Origin: a virus
Taxonomy: Duplodnaviria; Caudoviricetes
Strand: one strand, 5' to 3'
Virus record (IMG/VR): IMGVR_UViG_3300012940_000045
Span: 1 to 44,650 of that record
DNA: 44,650 bases
The position numbers were made by a program, and so were the translations under genes. Of the stretch, positions 38,169 through 44,650 are shown one piece after another. The notes beneath the pieces were generated by a model that was given only the letters and a program-made list of their open reading frames with translations, had not been told where the DNA came from and did not search any database. Positions within the stretch are counted from its first letter, which is position 1; each line of letters starts with the position of its first letter.

Positions 38169-38948
38169 TTATTGAATTATAGTTGCGTTTACTTCTTTAT
38201 CGTGTTGGGCGGTTGTGATGGAGGGGAAGATTAAAGCCTTGTTCTTATTTATCATCGCCTCATATTCCTCATAAAGCTGGTTAAGATATACCCGACAGTT
38301 TTTTACAGTTTCTTCTATTTGTGCGAATCTGTCTTTATTGATAGATACCTCCCAATATTTGAACCGTTCTTCAAGTGGAATATGGCTGTATTTATGTGCT
38401 GATTCCAGTTCCTCACAGTCATCTATGTAGTTCTGGCTTTCAAATGTTAGATACTTCCATTTGTTTTTATAGAATAACATACGTTTCTCTTCTTCAAGCA
38501 TATGTTCCGGCATGTCATTAAGGCAATAATATAATACCGCCTTTTCTGCACCCCATAACCAGCTGTAGCCTACAAGTTGCCATTCATATTCCCATGTGAG
38601 AGAAGCTTTGCCAAAAGAAAATAGAGTAAAAGCGTTCTTGACATCATAAACAGTGCCATTTTTAAACACATCGCATTCTCCGTGTATAAATCCATTGTGC
38701 TTGCGCTCCTTGTTCTTTATCGGGAGCTGACCGCGAAGCAAAGTTGCTCCAATCATGCTAATACCATCCTCTTCACAGTATTTTCCTTTTTCTAAGGCTT
38801 TCCCATATGCCTCTTTTCTTACACCGTAAATGGTTCCAATGAATACATCCAGCAGGAACGTTTTATTTGCATCGGTCAACTTGCCAGACTTTGACATGAT
38901 ATTTCCCAGTGCCGAACACCTACATTCCCAATCGTCAAACTTTCCCAT
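38169..38948 (-). CDS. YqaJ/lambda-exonuclease-like recombination nuclease
   Basis: RCSALG, KGKYCEE, GECD..DVK and YEWQLVGY motifs; coupled to recT. Confidence 0.75.
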   Translation of the reverse strand: MGKFDDWECRCSALGNIMSKSGKLTDANKTFLLDVFIGTIYGVRKEAYGKALEKGKYCEEDGISMIGATLLRGQLPIKNKERKHNGFIHGECDVFKNGTVYDVKNAFTLFSFGKASLTWEYEWQLVGYSWLWGAEKAVLYYCLNDMPEHMLEEEKRMLFYKNKWKYLTFESQNYIDDCEELESAHKYSHIPLEERFKYWEVSINKDRFAQIEETVKNCRVYLNQLYEEYEAMINKNKALIFPSITTAQHDKEVNATIIQ

Positions 38949-39843
38949 TTTTAAGCTCCTTTTCGCGTTGATTGAATAATTCTTGCTGTTCCTCAGTAGC
39001 TAAGAAGTCCTTTGCTTCGTTTAGCTGTTTTATAGATTGGGCATTTTTAATGAAGTCGTTAACCCTATCCATTTCTTTTCGTTCTGATACCATTTCTACA
39101 TCCTCGAATACCTGTTCATTGTCCGGGTATTCAACATCATTGCTTTCCGCATCCTTTATTAATCCCTGATCAAATGTTACTGCGTGCTGCATATCTATGG
39201 AAAGAGGCGCAAACTTGGCGAGAAGTAGCTTTAAAACGGTCTTTGTAGCCATGCTGTCAAAGTCATCTTTCCACAGTCCGAACCCTTTCTTAAATGTCTG
39301 GCTGAAGCGGGTACCATGCGCTTTTAACTCATCTGTGGTCATGTACAGCGTCTTTTCAAACCCATTAATGAGGTTGAAGTAAGCTGCATACCCTATTATT
39401 TTATCCCCTTTTTTAGAGAAGTCAAATTCATAGCCGGTAAGTGGGTTTTCGCTGATCAATTGGCCCTCATAAATTGGAGCGGCGCCAATGGTTTTGAATT
39501 GCCCGGAGCGTTGAGAAAGTTGTATGAAACCCTTGTACCCTAACTGAAACTGGGCTATTGTTTTAAAGGAGCCATCTTTTTGCTTCTGGTTGTACGGAAC
39601 GATATAAGCGAATCCCAAATTATTATTAAGTGGTAAATCCAGAGTAGCGGCAACCGCAGCAGATTGATAAATGCTTGCCGGATCTGCATTTTTAAGAAGG
39701 TCATTTGAGGAAACTACCTGTAAAACACTTGTTATAAATTGAGGCGCTCGTTTACCCAATAGTTCGGTAAACTTGTTTTTTACATTCGACTGGCTGAAGT
39801 AATTTTTAATTGCCAGCTGTGGACTTTGAATTTGCTGTTCCAT
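38935..39843 (-). CDS. recT: RecT-family single-strand annealing protein
   Basis: LGFAYIVPY, AQFQLGYKGFIQL and MATKTVLK motifs. Confidence 0.92.
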   Translation of the reverse strand: MEQQIQSPQLAIKNYFSQSNVKNKFTELLGKRAPQFITSVLQVVSSNDLLKNADPASIYQSAAVAATLDLPLNNNLGFAYIVPYNQKQKDGSFKTIAQFQLGYKGFIQLSQRSGQFKTIGAAPIYEGQLISENPLTGYEFDFSKKGDKIIGYAAYFNLINGFEKTLYMTTDELKAHGTRFSQTFKKGFGLWKDDFDSMATKTVLKLLLAKFAPLSIDMQHAVTFDQGLIKDAESNDVEYPDNEQVFEDVEMVSERKEMDRVNDFIKNAQSIKQLNEAKDFLATEEQQELFNQREKELKNGKV

Positions 39844-40012
39844 ATTTTAGTTTTAATTGTAATAAAAAGCCCCGGCAAGATTACCGGAGCCTAAACCCTG
39901 TCATTATGAAAAAAAAGTTATCTTTTGAATATCTTGGATACCCACTGTATAGCCCCTATTGTCGTAGGGAGGCCGATAACAGCTGCGGCCAATGCTATTG
40001 TTTGGCTCATGG

Positions 40013-40249
40013 TTAAGGTGTTTTAAGTTTCCAGTACATAATAAAGCTCTCAGCTTCCCGGCTATCAATTAACCCTTTTCCGCGAAGAGCAAATAACTGG
40101 CTTATAATCCCAGATCCTGAACCTATTCTATCAGATATTTGTCTTGTAGTCTGCCATTCGTCTGTTATGGCATTAAATATCCTTTTTTGACCTGGTTTAA
40201 GCTTGCTTACCTTATAATCATATATTGCCTTTTCACAGCATTGTGTCAT
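40013..40249 (-). CDS. Small winged-HTH protein
   Basis: TTRQISDRIG...LFALRGKGLI. Confidence 0.6.
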   Translation of the reverse strand: MTQCCEKAIYDYKVSKLKPGQKRIFNAITDEWQTTRQISDRIGSGSGIISQLFALRGKGLIDSREAESFIMYWKLKTP

Positions 40250-40542
40250 GATACCGGATTTAAAGTGTATTCGTGAAAGTATTTCTGAACATGAGCCATG
40301 CAGGGGTCATAAATGAATGGGAACTCTTTGGCGCCACCTTCCAGATAATTTAGGAAGCCTGTTATATCACCTCCATTCATATGCACCTGGTCTATATCAA
40401 AATCAAATTGATCTTCCGGCTCTTCGTTCGGCCAGAAGTAACCAACTCCTGATATTTCCAGATCACCGTGATTTATTGGCCTGTTAAACTCCATCCCAGG
40501 TAACGGAATGGCTATTTCGAAGTGAAATGATTTCTTTGCCAT
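40246..40542 (-). CDS. Hypothetical protein
   Basis: 98-aa ORF, coupled to its neighbour. Confidence 0.6.
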   Translation of the reverse strand: MAKKSFHFEIAIPLPGMEFNRPINHGDLEISGVGYFWPNEEPEDQFDFDIDQVHMNGGDITGFLNYLEGGAKEFPFIYDPCMAHVQKYFHEYTLNPVS

Positions 40543-40544
40543 GA

Positions 40545-40772
40545 TTATTTATTTAATTCGTTAATTAAAGCGTCTGCGTCTGAGACAGCTTGTCGAGCGA
40601 TTGATTTACTATCCCATAATGATATTGCCCCTCTGTATGTGGTTTGCAGTTTCGATGACCTCAGTCCAACCATAGCCAATGCAGCGAGGTATTCTCTTTT
40701 TGATAGTCCATATTGCGTATAACTTCCATTCGGGTCAAGCATCGGGAATGCCGGTTCTGTATTTTTATCCAT
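40545..40772 (-). CDS. Conserved small phage early protein
   Basis: PAFP...GLSKREYLAALAM...ADALINEL; likely start MDKNTE. Confidence 0.65.
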   Translation of the reverse strand: MDKNTEPAFPMLDPNGSYTQYGLSKREYLAALAMVGLRSSKLQTTYRGAISLWDSKSIARQAVSDADALINELNK

Positions 40773-41490
40773 AAAAATGATTGGCTGATAAAATCCCCCA
40801 TCCGATATTGAATGGGGGACATCTGATTCAAAAATTGGCATGCTTCTTATATGCCTTTGTCTGCAATTAATCCCGTCCGGTCATGTCCGTATCGCTATAT
40901 TCTCATTCCATGAAGTCAGTACGTTAAGCGTTATACCTCGCTTGCAGCATTATTATACATACATCCACATGCCTTCGCTGTCTATAAAGGGTTGCCCCCT
41001 GCTGCCATCAAAGGCCACGGTAGACCGGCAGGGGAATGGTGCCAGCCATTTATGTAAAAAGGCTATCGCCTGATTTTTAAATTGTTCTTACAGCACAGGA
41101 ATGTGCTATACTTTTTAATGCTCCCCATTGTGGACAAGTCAACGCTTTGGGTATCTCTTATGCACATCTCGGGAGGCGGGACGAAACCGCATTCAAGCCT
41201 ATGCCACTCATAAGAGCGCTATTTTCGCATTCCAATATGTAAAAGAACTAACTCCCATCTGCATTTCACGGGCTTTGGACCGTCAATGGCTGCATTAGAG
41301 TGCCGGTCTTTCCCGGCTGTCAGGCTCTCCGTTGCTATAGTCGGCTTAACAACTCCCAATTAGGGATATGCTTAGATATTTATCTGCGCTTCATAGCTTG
41401 TACCAGTTGCCAACCTGGCCCCGAACTCCACGGAGAATCAATCGCCTAATATTTTGCCGGTTCTGGGCTTATCCGGCGTGCCACAACTAT

Positions 41491-41634
41491 TTAAATGAAC
41501 TGCATCCAATCATCATTATATGGGTCTGAATCGTCCTTCTCTCCAAACTCTTTCTCCGCCCAGTTAAGGAACGTGAAGAAGGCAAATCCAACAAGCACTC
41601 CGGGTATTATTAAACTCCATCCAATCAAGCTCAT
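41491..41634 (-). CDS. 47-aa single-TM microprotein
   Basis: Hand-translated MSLIGWSLIIPGVLVGFAFFTFLNW...QFI. Confidence 0.55.
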   Translation of the reverse strand: MSLIGWSLIIPGVLVGFAFFTFLNWAEKEFGEKDDSDPYNDDWMQFI

Positions 41635-41741
41635 TTTTTTAATTTTTTGCCATGATAAAAAGCAAGCGTAGTAAGCGCCCAGGTTATAGCTAAGCCGCCA
41701 AGGATTGTAAAGGCAACCGCGTAGAATGTTTGATAATGCAT
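41631..41741 (-). CDS. 36-aa single-TM microprotein
   Basis: MHYQTFYAVAFTILGGLAITWALTTLAFYHGKKLKK; ATGA overlap with the next ORF. Confidence 0.55.
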   Translation of the reverse strand: MHYQTFYAVAFTILGGLAITWALTTLAFYHGKKLKK

Positions 41742-41816
41742 AGCTTTAAAGTTTTTGGGCATAGCTCCGCCAGTACCCGGTTAGAGTTGAATTTTTAAAC
41801 TGATATGTTGAATTGA

Positions 41817-41927
41817 TTATCTTATATTACAGGTAGCTATTAAGGCCACAACACAGCAGAAGAAAAACAGCACCATTATAGCTACTACCACATTCCTGAA
41901 TCTTTCTATCGATCGCTTCTGGTCCAT
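41817..41927 (-). CDS. 36-aa single-TM microprotein
   Basis: MDQKRSIERFRNVVVAIMVLFFFCCVVALIATCNIR; TAATG overlap with the KilA-N gene. Confidence 0.55.
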   Translation of the reverse strand: MDQKRSIERFRNVVVAIMVLFFFCCVVALIATCNIR

Positions 41928-42577
41928 TATGCACGCTTTAATTGTTTAACAGGATTGTTCTTATCATTCCAGATTTTTCTCATTTCGCTGATCAGCTGCT
42001 CATAGGACCGGATATAACCCATATCAATGGCAAATGCGAGCTTATTCTGTAACTCTGCCAGCTCTCTTAATTGTTCCTGCGTGGCCGTCTGCCTTAAGTT
42101 TTTACCGGTCTTATTAAATACTATCCACTGCAGCGCCTTGGCTACCTCGTCAAACTTGTAACCTTTTAACCTCATACCGGAAGAAGATAAGGTCCGGTAC
42201 ATGTCCCCGGCATCGTGACGATTCTTTATAAGTTCGTCATATACGAATTTTATTACATTGTACTCGAATCGTGGGTTAATCCACATGGCGAACTTTATAA
42301 AAAGGAATGGATGCATCCAGGTACCGACATTTTCGCCTCGGGAAGCCTTAGAATTTACATACGCAGATTTGTGCGTATCTAAATTTTCCTCTTCTACCAA
42401 CACATCCAGAAAGTCTTTGGTCTGCTCCAAGGCCATAAACTTGCTAACCTCTTTGCGCATTCCAGTTTTGTTATTCCACTGTTTTAAAAGTGAAGTAGCG
42501 TTAAACATACCATTGTCGGTACGCTGGTGAACATCTAAGCCCCCCATTTGCCGGATCATAACAACTTTTGTTTTCAT
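41927..42577 (-). CDS. KilA-N domain protein (antirepressor-like)
   Basis: GMFNATSLL and GTWMHPFLFIKFAMWINPRF motifs. Confidence 0.88.
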   Translation of the reverse strand: MKTKVVMIRQMGGLDVHQRTDNGMFNATSLLKQWNNKTGMRKEVSKFMALEQTKDFLDVLVEEENLDTHKSAYVNSKASRGENVGTWMHPFLFIKFAMWINPRFEYNVIKFVYDELIKNRHDAGDMYRTLSSSGMRLKGYKFDEVAKALQWIVFNKTGKNLRQTATQEQLRELAELQNKLAFAIDMGYIRSYEQLISEMRKIWNDKNNPVKQLKRA

Positions 42578-42598
42578 ATTACTGGATTAACTGTTTGA

Positions 42599-42844
42599 TT
42601 ATCTTGATGGTGCAAACCTTATTGCAAACTCTTTACCATTATGTTTTTTTGATACAAACCTTCTTTGTTTCCGACGGGCTTCCATGCTGGCATAGTAATA
42701 TATCTTATCCTGCCTTAGACCTATATAGTTGCAAGCGCTAACAATAGAGTTGAATAATATCGGGTTTTTGATTCGCTCTTCTTTTGGTAGACTACAGTCG
42801 AATAGAATGACTGCACAACTTTCATTATAAACTACTTTTGACAT
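42599..42844 (-). CDS. Small NUMOD1-like HTH protein
   Basis: LFNSIVSACNYIGL pattern. Confidence 0.5.
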   Translation of the reverse strand: MSKVVYNESCAVILFDCSLPKEERIKNPILFNSIVSACNYIGLRQDKIYYYASMEARRKQRRFVSKKHNGKEFAIRFAPSR

Positions 42845-43148
42845 TATTGGGATTTTTTATCAAGCTTTCAATAGCAGTTTTGGAATATCTTAAACGCCTC
42901 CTCATTGATCTACCCAGATTATCTACTTCCACTTCGCCAACAGTCCTTATTATTTCCGGATTATTTCGGCGCATGTATCTCAGCTGATCTTTAGTCATAT
43001 TGTACGCCTCCATTACCTCACCTGGGGTTAATGTTACCTCTGGAACACTTGGAGAAGCAACAACACCGGATTTCTCAATCAGGGCCTTTAATTCCCTGAT
43101 CTCCTTGCGAAGCGCTTTTATCTCTTTTATAGTATCCAGTTCAGACAT
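42825..43148 (-). CDS. Excisionase-like (MerR-type wHTH) protein
   Basis: LTPGEVMEAYNMTKDQLRYMR...RLRYSKTAIE. Confidence 0.55.
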   Translation of the reverse strand: MSELDTIKEIKALRKEIRELKALIEKSGVVASPSVPEVTLTPGEVMEAYNMTKDQLRYMRRNNPEIIRTVGEVEVDNLGRSMRRRLRYSKTAIESLIKNPNNVKSSL

Positions 43149-43159
43149 TAGGGTAGGGG

Positions 43160-43357
43160 TTAGGCGGTCAACAGTTTTGACAATTTTGTATAAAGCTCCC
43201 GGTAGTATTTTTTGATCTCCTCATTTTCTCTTTCGCCGGAATCTATCTTTCTTACGTGAGATGGATCGCAATCAAAATGTTTTGCAGTTTGATTAATTGC
43301 CATAGATCTAATTTTGTCTACTTTACCTATTCGCTTTGTTATGGTAACAGTTTTCAT
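43160..43357 (-). CDS. Cro-like HTH regulator
   Basis: 65 aa, QTAKHFDCDPSHVRKIDSGER; divergent from the repressor. Confidence 0.65.
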   Translation of the reverse strand: MKTVTITKRIGKVDKIRSMAINQTAKHFDCDPSHVRKIDSGERENEEIKKYYRELYTKLSKLLTA

Positions 43358-43458
43358 ATTAAAACTTTCAAAATGTAGAGGAAAAATCCCCTGTTGTTGT
43401 ATTGCAATGAGACTTACCTTTACATGATTTTTGTAATGTCCTAACTGCTTTGACAAAA

Positions 43459-43509
43459 CAAAGATATACACCAAAGCGAACAAAAAATACACTTTGGTAC
43501 ACATATTTG
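43459..43509. promoter_or_regulatory. Divergent lysis/lysogeny switch region
   Basis: Minus-strand -7 box TATCTTTG (43459-43466); inverted ACCAAAG/CTTTGGT and repeated TACAC. Confidence 0.55.
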
Positions 43510-43512
43510 TTT

Positions 43513-43998
43513 ATGGAAACCTTAACAAAAAGATTATTAATTCTTTGCGATTATTTAGTTAGCATTAAAAGAATTAAAAACGATAGGGAATTTGCCGGTA
43601 TTATAGGGATAACGCCCGGTTTGATAAGCGATATCAGGAACGGAAGAAAGGATCCAGGTCTTAAAGTAATCCAAGGAATAGCAAAAATGTTCACTGAAGT
43701 AAACATATATTGGTTGCTATTGGGATCTGGTGAGATGATTAATGCCAAAACACCCCCGACAGAAGCCGAGGGTGTCAAAAATTCGGATGATTTATCAGAG
43801 ATTAAGTCATTGCTATTTAAAATTGAAAGTGAACAGAATAAGGTATTGATTAATTCTCAGACCATATTACAGGCGGTGAAAAAAGCTGATCAAACTGCAC
43901 AGGCTGGTACAACTCCGGAACAAAGGAGCGCGGCGGCACTCGAACAAATAAGGAAGAACCGACAAGAAGCGGCGAGCGGTAGTAAAGCGAAGAAGTAG
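43513..43998 (+). CDS. CI-like XRE-family repressor
   Basis: REFAGIIGITPGLISDIRNGR and VNIYWLLLGSGEM motifs; no S24 peptidase motif seen. Confidence 0.82.
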   Translation: METLTKRLLILCDYLVSIKRIKNDREFAGIIGITPGLISDIRNGRKDPGLKVIQGIAKMFTEVNIYWLLLGSGEMINAKTPPTEAEGVKNSDDLSEIKSLLFKIESEQNKVLINSQTILQAVKKADQTAQAGTTPEQRSAAALEQIRKNRQEAASGSKAKK

Positions 43999-44131
43999 GA
44001 TATTTTAATTTTCTTCTTGGTAGAGCAGGTTTTCTCTTTTTCATTTATTTTACTATTATTGTATTAATTTTAACACTAAATAAAAATTCTGGTGCGTCAA
44101 AACTTGGCGTACTAAAAACAAAAAATGATCT

Positions 44132-44545
44132 ATGAAAAATCTATTATCCATTTGCACGGCATTGATTCTATTATATTCCTGTAGCGATTCGCCTGCACCT
44201 AATAGTTCTCTTTCTAATGAAATACCTGCATCGAAATCAGGAGAACCTGCTCCAAAGGAGTGGAAAGAGATATTTTCGCTAAAGGGAAGCGGTTCAAAAA
44301 AATCAGGGTCATTTCACTTATCAGGCGAGAAGGCTCGGGTAAGGTATAAGGCAATGCAGGCTGGTCTTTTTTCTTTTTATGTCGTTCCGGATGGTGAGGA
44401 TGTTATGGAAACAGGTGGCTTCCCAGAGGTTATGACGCAAGAAAAAGAAGAAAGTGAAGCATATCTAACTAAGCCAGAAGGTGACTACTACTTAAATATG
44501 AATGCTACTGGCAAATGGGAAGTTATCGTAGAAGAGATGAAATAA
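44132..44545 (+). CDS. Lipoprotein (possible superinfection exclusion)
   Basis: LYSC lipobox; downstream of the repressor and next to att. Confidence 0.7.
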   Translation: MKNLLSICTALILLYSCSDSPAPNSSLSNEIPASKSGEPAPKEWKEIFSLKGSGSKKSGSFHLSGEKARVRYKAMQAGLFSFYVVPDGEDVMETGGFPEVMTQEKEESEAYLTKPEGDYYLNMNATGKWEVIVEEMK

Positions 44546-44631
44546 TTTTTACCTATTTTTGACCATAATCGACTATAATAAAGTTAATATATTGATAAAC
44601 AGCGCAGTGAAAAGATAAAATTAGGTGTCGG

Positions 44632-44650
44632 CGATTCTTGTCGGGACTAC
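44632..44650 (+). repeat. att core, right
   Basis: Identical to 1-19. Confidence 0.92.

Larger units (their letters stand above)
1..44650. mobile_element. Complete temperate prophage with contractile tail, probable Bacteroidota host
   Basis: Terminal 19-bp direct repeat, integrase at the left end, and packaging, head, tail, lysis, replication and immunity modules. Confidence 0.95.

Noticed and set aside
40840-41073. 77-aa plus-strand ORF
   Set aside because: Against the operon direction with no recognisable features
43358-43512. N-terminal extensions of the Cro-like and CI-like ORFs
   Set aside because: They run through the divergent promoter region; ATGs at 43357 and 43513 fit better

Overview
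The window is an apparently complete, about 44.6 kb temperate prophage bounded by a perfect 19-bp att direct repeat (1-19 and 44632-44650). The host is most likely Bacteroidota, inferred from TAnnTTTG promoter boxes and A-rich translation starts. Left to right it carries a tyrosine integrase, morons (including a NYN RNase behind a structured leader), a lambda-type terminase, a Mu-like contractile tail/baseplate block, a lambda-type portal/protease/decoration/capsid block, a beta-helix spike and a lysis cassette. A minus-strand early arm follows, with RusA, DnaB, an initiator, two methyltransferases, RecT/exonuclease, KilA-N, Xis-like and Cro-like genes. A CI-like repressor and a lipoprotein end the window. 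The standout is a diversity-generating retroelement (DGR) in the early arm: an RT, a 70-nt template repeat (37148-37217) and two variable repeats (37345-37414, 37764-37833) that differ from the template only at template adenines. It targets two tandem small non-tail proteins, and I see no Avd gene; a 98-aa ORF is coupled to the RT instead. Other notable items are an identical 58-bp element ahead of both late operons, two candidate -1 frameshifts, a candidate RNA-controlled NYN toxin and a unimolecular spanin. All protein calls come from motifs and synteny read by eye; no searches were run.
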